Shown: positions 24,066-35,852, counted from the stretch's first letter. The stretch is 64,000 bases of DNA from an uncultured Nitrososphaeraceae archaeon (GCA_963825865.1 CAWGVG010000048.1:1-64000); one strand, 5' to 3'. Program-made: numbers and translations. The notes: a model not told the origin generated them from the sequence alone.

Positions 24066-24871
24066 TTACCAACGGTTTACCAACAACTCTTTTAAACAAC
24101 TGAAGATTCAACAGAACTAGAATTTTTACTCGATAAAGAAAAACTTTTTGCTTTGTATATAGTATATCTGAATGCGCTCAAACATGTAGAATGTGTGCGC
24201 AAGAATTCAAGATTAATAACTCAAAATTCATAGAAGATGAATTTATCATAATTTCTCAATATTTCAAAAATATACATATGAATATTTTAAAGCTAAAAAC
24301 TCATTTTTATTAACGATATGTTTAATTTGGACATATTGCAAAGATAAAACAATGGCCGATCAAATATTCATGTTTGCAACGATGGCTGGTACGATGGTAG
24401 CATTAGCAGCAGTATTATTTGTATCAAGAGGAATTAGGAGGAAGGCTACCAGAATTAGCAACAAGGGATCTCCCATTAGTTCCTCGCGTAGTTAAAGTAA
24501 CAAGGATAAAAAAGTTAAAAGATATAATTCAGTTGGAAAACCAGTTTATGAATAAAAAGGTCTTTTGAGATATTCTCTATATATACGTCTTCAAGCAAAA
24601 TTATGATATGAGAATACGTGGTCAGGTATTTGATATCATTGAATCACTTGGAGAATATCGGAAAACAGAAAGAGAAGATAAGGAATATAATATATACAAA
24701 TAGTTTGATAATCTTTTTTTGGCTGTTAGTAATGATATCTTATTGCATGACCTTTAATAAATACCACTACCCGCTTCGCAATTATAGCTCCAATTCGTTA
24801 TAGCTTATTTGGAATAGTTCGGTTATTTGATATTAGTGAGGCTACCAATAAGCAAGTCACTCATTTTTATT

Positions 24872-25390
24872 TCATAAATTCCATAGAGGTTCAGTCTTTT
24901 TCATAACAGAAAGCCAACCCATATCTGGTGGTTGAATATTCATCTGCCAAAGTATGGCTATTATTTCTCCACGATGATGTAATTCTTCAGTTAGAACATG
25001 TATTAATACATCTTTTACTTTTGTAGTTCTTCTTATACCATCAATGTTTGTTCTTGAAGCAGCTTTATGGAGATCCTGTAATTTTATGGCAGATAGGTAA
25101 TAGTTAACTTTTGAGATAACTTCAAAGTTATAGCCAGTGATTGCATCCCATGAGTTGTATTTAGAGTATGGAAATGGTCTATTAGGATCTTCTAATCCTT
25201 GAATGGAATAGTTAATCCATAAGTCTTCAACCCAAATTACGTGGAGTATAGTATCTTTTAACGACAACCATGCAGTTTCGTGGTTATTTATCATATCTTG
25301 CCATGAGAATTTTTTTTGAAATGTGTCAATATAATTTTGCCTTACTTTATGGTTGTAGTTATATAATTGTTGGAGGTCAGAAGGATCCAT
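24872..25390 (-). CDS. DinB-family protein
   Basis: YNHKVR, SLKDTILHVIWVEDLW, HVLTEELHHRGEI metal-binding His pattern. Confidence 0.85.
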   Translation of the reverse strand: MDPSDLQQLYNYNHKVRQNYIDTFQKKFSWQDMINNHETAWLSLKDTILHVIWVEDLWINYSIQGLEDPNRPFPYSKYNSWDAITGYNFEVISKVNYYLSAIKLQDLHKAASRTNIDGIRRTTKVKDVLIHVLTEELHHRGEIIAILWQMNIQPPDMGWLSVMKKTEPLWNL

Positions 25391-25415
25391 TGCACTATTT
25401 AGAATTACTTTATGA

Positions 25416-25932
25416 TTAAGATAGTGGAACTTTTAGCCGTGAAGTCATGTATATGATGAAACTTAGTATAGCTAAAAGTTGATCTGATAAATGTGCTATA
25501 GCATCGTCTTTTGCCTTATCCCGTTCTCTTAATGAACTATTTACGTCTTCTAACTCTTCTACCTTGCTTTGTATATCTGCTCCCTGTCTTTCTAATTTAT
25601 GAACATTTAGAAATGTTAAATATGGTTCCATCTTACGGAATAACTCTGCCTGTTATAACACGATATTTTATAGTAATCGGAGTAATATTGTCATAGGGAT
25701 CTTCACGTCCTTCCTTAATTGCTTCAAGAAAAGCATCTATACTTAATCCGTCATGTTCATTTAGTATAAAATTCTTGAAAGTATTCAATCTTCTGAGATA
25801 TGCATATGCTGTTTGTCTGTTCATGGTTCTAACGTTTCTAATGTATTTGGAAATTGTCTTATCTTCATTATAAGTTGAGCTTTCATTATCATTTTGAGAT
25901 GATGCGTTAATGGAATTAGAAGGATGATCCAA
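25416..25932 (-). pseudogene. Internally deleted tyrosine-integrase-like gene (N- and C-terminal remnants)
   Basis: SAM-like N-terminus (TAYAYLRRLNTFKNF...DPYD) joined to C-terminal EPYLTFL plus coiled coil; no catalytic core. Confidence 0.6.
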
Positions 25933-25987
25933 CTGATATTATTTAGAAAGATGACTCTGATATTTCTTTTGTATTCATAGGTAAATT

Positions 25988-26365
25988 TTACATATGGATT
26001 AATGCATCCATAGGCGAAATTGCTATTATTCCTACACCTCCTGATCCTGCTGATTTCTTAATAGTGTTAATTATTTCTTCTAACTTGTCTGAATCTACTA
26101 TAGTAACTATGGTCTGTCTAGTAGAATATGATAACTCAGCTTCACTCATACCTCTTCCAACTCTTACTTTTTCTTTTTCTTTTCCAAAACCCTTGGAATC
26201 ATAAAGTGTTGCTTCTAAATTCATATTTCTTATTGCGGATAATACTGCATCAGCTTTACCAGATCCTAAAAATACTTCAATTCTTTTTAGCCCTGCTTGT
26301 ACTTTCCCTTCCTTACTTTCATCTTTGATAACCTCAAAAGGAAGTGTAGTCTTATCTTTAGCCAT
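25988..26365 (-). CDS. P-II family signal-transduction protein
   Basis: LKRIEVFL, SKGFGKE, IVTIVDSDKLEEIINTI, GVGIIAISPM. Confidence 0.85.
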   Translation of the reverse strand: MAKDKTTLPFEVIKDESKEGKVQAGLKRIEVFLGSGKADAVLSAIRNMNLEATLYDSKGFGKEKEKVRVGRGMSEAELSYSTRQTIVTIVDSDKLEEIINTIKKSAGSGGVGIIAISPMDALIHM

Positions 26366-26424
26366 CTCTTTTCTCCCCTTCTCTATCTCCCTCAGTATTA
26401 TTTACCTTCAACATAAATAACATC

Positions 26425-26478
26425 ATTAATCGGTAATAATAAGCGTAACACACACGTAAATATTAATCGGTAATAATA
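26425..26478. promoter_or_regulatory. 17-bp direct repeat upstream of the P-II gene
   Basis: ATTAATCGGTAATAATA at 26425-26441 and 26462-26478. Confidence 0.55.
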
Positions 26479-26691
26479 TGAAATCGATAGGGCAAGGTCT
26501 TTAGTGGAGGCCATTACGGTTAATGATATGTAAAGCAGCAAGGCTGAGATATGCCTATTATTGTAATCGGCTTCAATGTGTTCAGAGGCCAAAAACCCTC
26601 AGATAGCTTTCTGATATATCAATAATACAATTTCTGCGTGACTAACAAAAATAAGAATCAAAAATGTTAATGAAGTGCAAATAACGTAAGA

Positions 26692-27709
26692 TCATCTATA
26701 CTCATCACCACAATCTCCAATTATCTCAAACAAGTTATTTGACTTTGTACATACAGCTTCTATAGCATCACAATCTAGCTTGTCCAAACTAAGGTTGGAT
26801 ACCTGCGCGTTATTGTCTCTGTGATCAACTATTCCAAGCCTAGCACCGATAATAACGCTTGCTACTGCAGAGTTGGCGAGAATATAGCGGGTTGCTACAT
26901 TTGCAATGCTTACATTGTGCTTTTGTGCGATTCTCTTCAAAGTCGATAAAAGTTCTTGGAACAAATTCCATCCGCCCCATGCATCTATCATCTGCTTGTA
27001 TTTTCATAAGCTTAACGTATTTAACTCAGCAGTAGATGGCTCTATTCTTCCTAGATAGCGCTCCGACATCAGTCCCCCACAGATGCTCCCATAGGTAAGG
27101 AGACTGATGTTATGCTCCAGGCAAAAATGGTATCATCTTCACTTCTGGCCTACGATCTATAATCGAATATTGAACCTGGTTCGATACAAGTTGTAGATCT
27201 GAATCTATCATGATCTGCATACGTTCAGTATCAAAATTTGTAAGACCTATATGCTTTATTATTCCTTCATCTCGCAGGTCGGATAGGTATTTGAGAGCAT
27301 CCATGTAATACGGGTTGTTATAATCCCACCAGTGGAATTGAAGAAGATCCAGCGAGCTAACGCTCATTCTGCGAAGCGATCTTTCTATATTTTCATTAAC
27401 GATAGAACGTGTAATTCTTCCTGGCTGTGGCACCCATTTTGTTAATGCCTGAATTCTATCGAGTTCTTCTTTTCCTTTTATTGCCAATAATCTACGCCTG
27501 AACTGTCCAATAAAATCTTCTGCTGGGCCATAAATATCTGCTAGATCCCAAGTCGTAAAGCCAGCATCATGATATCTCATCATGTCTGCGATTGCCAATT
27601 CGTGATCGATATATCCATGTCCGCCTGCAACCTGCCACATGCCGTTGACTAGTCTGGTTATTGTCAAATCAGGAGCCAGTTGGTAGCATTTCTTACTCAT
27701 GTCATTCAT
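26692..27709 (-). CDS. Aldo/keto reductase, frameshifted
   Basis: GMWQ, DLADIYG, LDLLQFHWWD, IGLTNF, SNQVQYS; continues in ORF 26692-26991. Confidence 0.88.
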
Positions 27710-27829
27710 TCTTGATTTTCACTAGATTTGTCACAAATATTAAGCACTACAATCTGTGATCATATTCCAAATAAACCAAAGTCTCCCCACGTTTTACAAT
27801 TCCCTTACCAAAAAACAATTCCTTTGTCA

Positions 27830-28245
27830 ATCAACATATATTCAGGTAAAAAGTCAGAATCAGATGTGATGGCCGAATGGCGTATACAAAATGGATTCCA
27901 TTTCTTTGTCTTTATTAAAAACTCTAATGTCTGGTGTTCGTTTTCATCAACTACCGAGCCATTTTCCAACAAACGAACTATTCTTTTTCTAAGCTGTTTC
28001 ATTACAGTACATAAAGCATAAGCCTTTTACGGGACCTCCTGTTAAAAGATTACATATTAACCTGGCATTAAGCTCATTTTTAAATGGATGTTCATTTAGC
28101 TGATCACGTACGTATGGGAACGAACAGGTAAGTATACAGGACCAGTACCAGTTTGGATTCCTGTGGAATTTCGCCTTCACCATATCGTTATTTTAATCTT
28201 ATATGCTTGATTTTAAGCAAAGTAAACTCATGATTGCGAGCATCA
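27830..28245 (-). pseudogene. Tyrosine-integrase catalytic-core fragment
   Basis: DARNHEFTLLKIKHI...WNPFCIRHSAIT across stops and frameshifts. Confidence 0.75.
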
Positions 28246-28251
28246 ATACTA

Positions 28252-28737
28252 TTATACTAAATAATTCATTCGAATCAGAAAATTGGTATTCTGAATTTCA
28301 CTGTTAATAGAGTAGCCATAACCGCAATATGGACAATAGTCTAAAGTAGTTCGAATAGGATAATCTGCATCGCCTTTTTGAATTCCATTTAGCTCATTTA
28401 ATGAATTGAGATTGAAAATATAATAATCTTGATAATTACTATTTATCCCATAACTTTTTCCAGATTTCTCTTTTTGTCCAAAAGACAAGACCATTTTCTT
28501 ATTAAGCAGGCCATCTCGTAAGGTAGTACAATGATTAACATCCCTTGAATTGATTATCGGATGCATTCTTGTATCAATACCGCAATGTATGCAATACCGG
28601 TAATCTCTCAAGTCAGATGGAATATTTGTTTTAACATGAACATTTTGAAGGTATACTACAGCTTGGCCTTTGGTATCACAATCAATGTAATTCATTTTAC
28701 TTAATCTGCGAATGGAATCACAGCAGTAGTAGATCAT
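28252..28737 (-). CDS. Hypothetical Cys-rich protein
   Basis: YCC, CIHCG and YCPYCG motifs. Confidence 0.5.
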   Translation of the reverse strand: MIYYCCDSIRRLSKMNYIDCDTKGQAVVYLQNVHVKTNIPSDLRDYRYCIHCGIDTRMHPIINSRDVNHCTTLRDGLLNKKMVLSFGQKEKSGKSYGINSNYQDYYIFNLNSLNELNGIQKGDADYPIRTTLDYCPYCGYGYSINSEIQNTNFLIRMNYLV

Positions 28738-28889
28738 GTATCTTTGTTACGAATATGTTCACGTAAATATTTATATTTTTGCATGTAATGAAATATTTTT
28801 CAAAATTATTCACCTTATTTACGATTAACTATAGATTATATTGGAGCCATTCGAAGTAATGCATTATTACTAAATTTGGCATAACCACT

Positions 28890-30401
28890 TTAATTGTTCT
28901 TATGGTGATAGTGGTTGTTATTTTTATCATTCCCAACCCTTATGCCTGATGGTATTATTGAGATGAGCATGAGAATAGCTGAAAGAAGGAAGATGTAGTG
29001 TAATGAGCTTAGAAAATTAGTGGTAGTAATAACAGATTTTGTGTTATTATTGTTATTGCTGTTGTTGTTGTTGCTGCTGCTTTTAATATTGCCTTTGTTT
29101 GTTGTCTCCATTGTTCCTAAAAAAATAGATTCAATATAATTTAATGGCATAGTATGGGACATTATCAAAAATGCCAAGCCTAAGCTTAAGGTACTTCCAC
29201 TAAGTACAAACATAGTGCTAGTGCCTGCCGCTATCCCCCTTTGATATCGTGGAACTGAATTCATTATTGATGCTCTGTTTGGTGAAGCAAAAATACCCAT
29301 TCCTGCGCCAATCATTGTTAAAGGCAATAAAGTTTCGATGAAAGTAGATTTTATACCTAAACTTGTAAGCATAAAGAATCCAATTGCCGAAATAAAAAGG
29401 CCAATAGATGATACTCTAGATCCATATCTGTCGGATATCCATCCACTAAACGGTCCGAAAATCGATAATGCTATAGAAACTGGAAGAAGATAAACTCCTG
29501 CATCAAGTGGATTAAGTCTCATTGTAGGTCCTTGAAGATAAAATGTCATGATTAAGGTAAATGCGCCCCTTGCTATTGCATTAAAAAATATTGCAATATT
29601 CCCTCCTAGGAATGACCTTATTTTAAATAATGATAGATCGATCATTGGTTTAATTACATTTGTTTCTACAAATACAAACAATCCTATTAGAGATAATCCT
29701 ACTATAATAAACAAATACATTCCAAACGGTATGCTATTAAGAATTTGCAATGAACCGAATGTTATTCCTACTAAAATAAGGAACAATCCTATAGCTAAAG
29801 TAGCATTGCCTATCCAATCTATTTGTTCTTTTTTAATTGTTCCTAATTCACGCAACTTTGTATGGGACCAAATCGTTGCGAAAACTCCAATAGGTATATT
29901 TATCCAGAATATTGATCTCCATCCAAGATACGAAGTAAGGAATCCTCCAAATACGAGTCCCATTACAGATCCGGCCACAATTGATATTTGATTAAGCCCA
30001 AGTGCTTCTCCTCTTTCATTTTCTGGAAATGCATCGGTAATAATTGCAGCACTATTTGAGAAAAGAAAAGCTGCCCCTAATGATTGGACTATCCTAAATA
30101 ACAGCAACTGTTCTCCTGATTGAGAGAGACTGCATAATGCTGATCCTATTGTAAAGATAATGAATCCAATATTATATAATTTGACTCTTCCAAACATATC
30201 TGAAAGCCTACCAAGGTTAAGAAGAATAGATGCAGTCACAAGCGAGTATCCAAGAACTATCCATACTAGTGTTAGAAGTGATACGTGGATATCAGATACA
30301 ATAGTTGGTAAGGCGATAATAATTATATTTGTATCAAGTGAAGCCATCAAAGTTCCAATCGTTGTATTACTTAATGCAGTCCATTTGTAATTTATGGTCA
30401 A
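28890..30401 (-). CDS. MFS transporter, DHA2 (EmrB/QacA-like)
   Basis: About 14 TM helices; GRLSDMFGR motif A; WRSIFWINIPIG. Confidence 0.92.
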   Translation of the reverse strand: MTINYKWTALSNTTIGTLMASLDTNIIIIALPTIVSDIHVSLLTLVWIVLGYSLVTASILLNLGRLSDMFGRVKLYNIGFIIFTIGSALCSLSQSGEQLLLFRIVQSLGAAFLFSNSAAIITDAFPENERGEALGLNQISIVAGSVMGLVFGGFLTSYLGWRSIFWINIPIGVFATIWSHTKLRELGTIKKEQIDWIGNATLAIGLFLILVGITFGSLQILNSIPFGMYLFIIVGLSLIGLFVFVETNVIKPMIDLSLFKIRSFLGGNIAIFFNAIARGAFTLIMTFYLQGPTMRLNPLDAGVYLLPVSIALSIFGPFSGWISDRYGSRVSSIGLFISAIGFFMLTSLGIKSTFIETLLPLTMIGAGMGIFASPNRASIMNSVPRYQRGIAAGTSTMFVLSGSTLSLGLAFLIMSHTMPLNYIESIFLGTMETTNKGNIKSSSNNNNSNNNNNTKSVITTTNFLSSLHYIFLLSAILMLISIIPSGIRVGNDKNNNHYHHKNN

Positions 30402-30531
30402 ATTAATTTATTGTTTTATACCTATTTGCATATAATTGATAATTGTTTCTATGCCAAAATATCATTTGTGGTGGTACCAAGATGAATTTATCGATCATTA
30501 GCATTGTCTTACTTGTCCTTTGAATAAAGGT

Positions 30532-32051
30532 TTAATTTGTTATGTCTGAGTTTGATAATGGAGCAAGAGCTAACAGAGGATTTTGCTGTATCATCGACAT
30601 GATTCGTTCGTACTTTTGTTCAATATCCAGAATCTTCTTCCTCTCTGCTTCTTTTATTTCATCAAAAGATGAGGGTATTAATGGATAACTACACTTGGAA
30701 CAGTATTAATTGCCCTTCTTATTTTATATATCCTGAAGCCTGTCTTGAATTCATGGACCAGCGCACCTACTTCTTAGAGCCTATCCCAAAAATATAGACA
30801 TGATGTTTTTATTTAACAGATAAGGACATAGCTCGATGTTCTTTTATTTTATCTATGATTGGTCTTTATAGAAAGAAGAAACAACAACACCTTCCAACGA
30901 TAAGACATATTCCAGATGATCTATGGAATGAGGTAAAGAACATACTCCCTGCTGAAAAGCCAATTGAAACAATAGGACGTCCAATAATTGTACCGTTTAG
31001 AAAAGTACTTGACGGAATACTGTATGTGCTGAGAACTGGATGCCAGTGGAAGATGCTTCCTAAAGAATATGGTTCTGCTTCCACATGTCATAGAAGGTTT
31101 CAGGAGTGGGTTGGTAAAATAACAGTATTTGAGAAATTATGGATTAGATTATTGGAAATATATGACGATATTCGCGGCATAGAATGGGAATGGCAGCAGT
31201 CACTAGACAGTGTTTCTGTTAAAGCTCCTTTAGGGGGGGGATCTGACAGGTCCCAATCCTACTGATAGAGGTAAACTTGGAACAAAGCGTCATGTGTTGG
31301 CAGACAAGAAAGGTGTTCCATTATCCATTGTCATCACAGCTGCGAATACTCATGATATGAAGGCTACAGCAGAGACGCTTGACTGCTGTATTGTAACAAA
31401 AAGAAGGCCTCCTCCTCCAAAGAAAAAGAAACAACAACAGAATCTATGTCTTGATAAAGGATACAACTATCCAGAGATAGAACAGGAAGTAGTCAAGAGA
31501 GGATATGTACCGCATATCCGTCAGAGAGGTGAAGGGAAAAAATCAGTTAAGAAGAAAAGAAGACATCATCCATCAAGAAGATGGGTTATAGAAAGAACAA
31601 ATTCATGGCACAACAGATTCAGAAAACTACTGATTAGATATGAAAAGAAAGCAGAGAATTATCTTGGACTAGTACATCTGGCCTGCTGCATAATTGTATA
31701 CCGTAGGATAATTTTGGGATAGGCTCTTAATAGCATAATCAGGCTTGTTCGTTCTGTCTTCATTTTTCTGATTTGAATAAACGAAGGTGTTTGCCAATCA
31801 TAGAAAGAGGAAGGATAATAATAATGAGTATTGTTAACGTCAGTGTTAGAAAAACTTTCAGAATTTTTCTTATGGCATGCATTATACAACGATCTAAAAA
31901 AATATTTTATATGGCATAAGTAGTGATTCCAAGTAGTATTCTATCTTGCATCAGGATCCTCTATGGTTTTAATTTTCGTATCTAGAAATTTGATAATTTG
32001 TTCTGTTCTTTTAACATCAAAAAAAGTAGTATTAGAGTCAATATAATACAT
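30532..32051 (-). pseudogene. Tyrosine integrase with the catalytic core deleted, interrupted by an IS5-family element
   Basis: Right of the IS: FLDTKIK...TTWNHYL..IKYFFRSLYN...DWQTPSF; across and left of the IS: PDYAIKK*VRWSMNSRQASGYIK...CSKCSYPL. Confidence 0.65.
30777..31726 (+). mobile_element. IS5-family element with two-ORF transposase
   Basis: 15-bp TIR GAGCCTATCCCAAAA / TTTTGGGATAGGCTC; TTA TSD; ORFs 30855-31265 (LRTGCQWKMLP) and 31294-31722 (DKGY, RWVIERTNSW). Confidence 0.95.
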
Positions 32052-32351
32052 ACAAAGGTTATTGTAGCAATTGTATTCTTAAAGTTCCCCTTAGCAATAC
32101 TGTCGACCAATCTATTATCTAATCAGAATTAGACTTTTATCTACTTAATCTTATTCAACAATAATTAAAAGGTTGTGATATCTCCTGTTAGTTACCATGC
32201 TTTAGAATCTCCCAAGTCACCAGAACTATTTTTACATATATGTATACCGGAGGAGCAAAACTTAACAGGTTTATTGAAATCGATAAAACAGGTACTGGTA
32301 ACAATATGGGTTTTCTTCATCCTCATCGATGTTATCACCCTGTGACTCCAT

Positions 32352-32795
32352 TCATTTCAAATATCTAATAATTTTTTGGAGAAAAGCATTTTGATAAGCC
32401 TGAAATGCATCTTCACTCTGTAAGCATGATTGACAAATATAGGAGTTAGACTCTTCTCTTCCTCTATAATCGTCGTAGTAATCATAATCAGAAATATTTT
32501 CATCATCTCTGTTTTTTTTCTTTCCACAAATAAAACATTTGGCTACTGTGGTTTGCAAAAATCTATTTTGTTTACGAATTACCGATTGTTTTTCTTGTTT
32601 ATGGGTTACAGATTCTTCCTCATCCTTATTAGAAGTTACTTGGTCGGCGCTGCTAATAGAACAATCTAAATGTTTTATAGCTTTTGTGGATTTGGACCAA
32701 AGTGCTTGTTCTCCTGATCTTATCTCTCTTTTACATTCAATACATTTGCCTTTGAACTTGATAGTAATTGTCAACCAATCTGTAATATTACTCAT
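32352..32795 (-). CDS. Hypothetical Zn-binding protein
   Basis: CIEC...HLDC, CFIC, CQSC. Confidence 0.65.
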   Translation of the reverse strand: MSNITDWLTITIKFKGKCIECKREIRSGEQALWSKSTKAIKHLDCSISSADQVTSNKDEEESVTHKQEKQSVIRKQNRFLQTTVAKCFICGKKKNRDDENISDYDYYDDYRGREESNSYICQSCLQSEDAFQAYQNAFLQKIIRYLK

Positions 32796-33065
32796 GTTAG
32801 ATCAATGGTACTTCTCTTATCTTAAAAAGTATAAAATCCGGGTATGATGCACTCATTTATTAGCATGCAAGTCTAAGACACGTGGTTTGAGATAAAGAAC
32901 TAAGCTTAGAATGAAGTAAATAACTTTTTTGTAACGTGAATAGATAGTCTCATGACTTTTCTTATGGACTTGATAGTTGCATACGATCCTTTGCAATTGT
33001 TGGTAAAATACGTCTATATACTTCTGTAAGAGTATATCATATTATATGGAGGATGTTATTTGATT

Positions 33066-33332
33066 ATGAACAGCAAGAAAAACTGCGAACATTTCATTGG
33101 CATAGATGATAACAGTATTTCTCCTAAAACATCTGGCTGCGAAGAATGTGAAAAAGAAGGAACTGATTGGGTTGCATTACGCATGTGTCTGATTTGTGGT
33201 CATGTAGGATGCTGCGATTCTTCTATAGGCCTTCATGCTACAAAACATTTCCAAAAAACCGACCATAAAGTTATGGTTGCACTACCAAACAAGCCATGGA
33301 AATGGTGTTACATACATAAACAATATTCGTAG
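33066..33332 (+). CDS. UBP-type zinc-finger protein
   Basis: CEEC...WVALRMCLICGHVGCCDSS..LHATKH. Confidence 0.88.
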   Translation: MNSKKNCEHFIGIDDNSISPKTSGCEECEKEGTDWVALRMCLICGHVGCCDSSIGLHATKHFQKTDHKVMVALPNKPWKWCYIHKQYS

Positions 33333-33712
33333 CCCTTTTCTTTCGTAAGATCATCAAGTTATGTCCTTTTCCAAGACTCACCAAACTAAAAGAACTTTGG
33401 AAAGTCTGCTGTAAATGCAGAGTACGTCTACATAATTGCGGACCAATATGTTTGGTTTATAGATTATCCCATAGGAATTGCAGTGTTATATATAATAATA
33501 GTTAGATTAAATGGAGATGTTTTTGTGTGTTGCATGTAAGACCATCTTCATAATGCCTAACCAGAAATTGCGAAATCCATAAACCACAATGATTGTCATG
33601 CTCAAGTTGTCTTAGTCTCAATCATAATTGTGATTTTTCATAAAGCATGCTGATTATTATAGAAATTATCTCGTCAATGCTTTTATCTTGATGTTTTTAA
33701 TTTAACGAAATA

Positions 33713-33934
33713 GTGGAAAACAAAGCGCGATATGTTATTCTAGCTCTTTTGATTTTGATACCTTCCATAGTTAATCTTTCGGTTTCTCTTTACAATAGAA
33801 ACATGCCAGAACTTTTTGGAATACCCTTCTTCTACTGGTTTCAAACATTATGGCTTGTATGTTGCTCTGGGTTTTACATGGGGTTTGCATATTTAATGGG
33901 CAGAGAGGATGGAGAAGGAAAGAGGAGATTCTAA
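33713..33934 (+). CDS. DUF3311-type small membrane protein (symporter partner)
   Basis: YNRNMPELFGIPFFYWFQ, directly upstream of the SSS gene. Confidence 0.8.
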   Translation: MENKARYVILALLILIPSIVNLSVSLYNRNMPELFGIPFFYWFQTLWLVCCSGFYMGFAYLMGREDGEGKRRF

Positions 33935-33937
33935 AAA

Positions 33938-35458
33938 ATGATTGGACTTGATGGCACAATTCCCTTTGTTGGCCTTTTTGTATTGTTTATAGTTCTTGGA
34001 TTTTACGGAAAATATTGGCGTAGAGGTGACTTAAATCATGTACATGAATGGTCTTTGGCAGGAAGAAGGCTTGGTACGGCACTTGTCTTTTTTTTAATTA
34101 GTGCAGACATTTATACTGCGTATACCTTTGTTGCAATTCCATCAGGAGTATTTGCCAAAGGCTCACTTTACTTTTTTGCAATCCCTTATGTTGCGTTGAC
34201 ATTTGGCATTGCTCTTGTCACCATGCCAAGGCTCTGGTCTTTATCAAGAGAAAAAGGATACATTACTGCTTCTGATTTTGCAAAAGACAGGTTTAGCAGC
34301 AAAACTCTTTCTATTCTAATTGCAATAACAGGAATCATATCGTTACTGCCATACATTGCGTTACAGATAGTAGGGATGCAATCAGTTCTTACTGTAATGC
34401 TTTCAGGTACAGCGAATTCTCATACAGTCGAGGAAATATCGCTTTTGATTGCATTTGTAATATTGGCTGCCTTTACATATACTAGCGGACTACGTGGAGC
34501 AACGCTTACTGCAGTCTTTAAAGATATACTGATCTGGATAACTGTCATTGCTCTCATAGTTGTAGTTCCTCTAAGCATTGGTGGAGGTGGTGGTTTTGGT
34601 ACTGCCTTCAAGGATGCAAAAAAACAGACCTATGTTACATTGTCTGAATCGCTTGTTCCCGGATACGCAACACTGGTTTTGGGCAGCGCTCTTGCACTCT
34701 ATCTTTATCCTCATGCGATAAACGGTGTACTAAGCTCAGAGAGTGCACAAAAGCTTAGAACCAGTACGGCATTGCTACCGCTTTATGGCGTTGGGCTTGC
34801 TATTATGGCACTTATGGGAATTCTTGTATACGCTGTACCATCTGCAATGAATTTCCTTTCGCATTTTTCCGAAAGCTCGCGTGGTATACTTGTTGTTCCA
34901 TCTTTGATTTTATATACAATGCCAGGATGGTTTTCAGGAATAGCTCTTCTTGGTATATTCGTAGGTGGTCTGGTACCTGCAGCAATTATGGCAATGTCGC
35001 AGGCAAGCCTGCTTACAAGAAATATCATAAAAGAGATCAAACCAAACATGTCTGCAAGTTCTGAAATTAGAATAACGAAAATTTCGTCTACTGTCTTCAA
35101 GTTTGTTGCACTTGGTTTTGTCTTTATGGTTCCAGCTACTTACGCAATATCTTTACAACTTTTGGGAGGAATACTAATTGTACAAATTCTACCTGCAGTG
35201 TTTTTTGGTCTATATGTCAAATCATCATTAAGAAAAGAACCGCTTATTGCAGGTTTACTTGTTGGAATATTTTTGGGAATTTACATGGTCGAGTATACAA
35301 ACAACTTTGGTGCACTCACATCATCGCTATTCCAAACAACTTTTGGTTCATTGTATGTTGCAGTGATTGCCCTTATGTTTAACCTGATAATATCGTTTGG
35401 CGGAAGTGGAATCATGAACAAAAAAAGACTACCGTTCTCCCAACAAAACGAAAGATAA
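33938..35458 (+). CDS. Sodium:solute symporter family transporter
   Basis: EWSLAGRRLG, DIYTAYTF, YTSGLRG, YPHAI; about 13 TM helices. Confidence 0.9.
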   Translation: MIGLDGTIPFVGLFVLFIVLGFYGKYWRRGDLNHVHEWSLAGRRLGTALVFFLISADIYTAYTFVAIPSGVFAKGSLYFFAIPYVALTFGIALVTMPRLWSLSREKGYITASDFAKDRFSSKTLSILIAITGIISLLPYIALQIVGMQSVLTVMLSGTANSHTVEEISLLIAFVILAAFTYTSGLRGATLTAVFKDILIWITVIALIVVVPLSIGGGGGFGTAFKDAKKQTYVTLSESLVPGYATLVLGSALALYLYPHAINGVLSSESAQKLRTSTALLPLYGVGLAIMALMGILVYAVPSAMNFLSHFSESSRGILVVPSLILYTMPGWFSGIALLGIFVGGLVPAAIMAMSQASLLTRNIIKEIKPNMSASSEIRITKISSTVFKFVALGFVFMVPATYAISLQLLGGILIVQILPAVFFGLYVKSSLRKEPLIAGLLVGIFLGIYMVEYTNNFGALTSSLFQTTFGSLYVAVIALMFNLIISFGGSGIMNKKRLPFSQQNER

Positions 35459-35852
35459 TAATAATAAAACACATCTTTCTATATTTTATGTCACTGCGGA
35501 GTGAGATTTGAGGCAGAAGAATACATCTAAACATCTGAATCTTGACCATCTGCCACCTAGAACAACACAAAGTAATTATTCACAACAGAAAGTCATTGTA
35601 AGTATAAAGTTGAATTATAAGGACATTTTCGGGAAAAGACATCCTTATAAGACAGATCTTGATGCAAGCGCTGAAGCAGCAGAAATTTAGGAATATCTAT
35701 TCTCTACAAGACTTCTCTCCAATCTTCAAACATATCTATTAGTGCTCTCCAGGAATATCTAACACCAATCGCCTAAGTTATCATTCTTCTGGTAACTTAC
35801 AATGTAGCGACTTATCAATTTATATACTTACTTTTTTATAGTTAATATATAC

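Noticed and set aside
24823-24852. Third copy of the 37-bp cassette repeat
   Set aside because: Only TATTTGAT...AGTGA is shared and the right arm is absent
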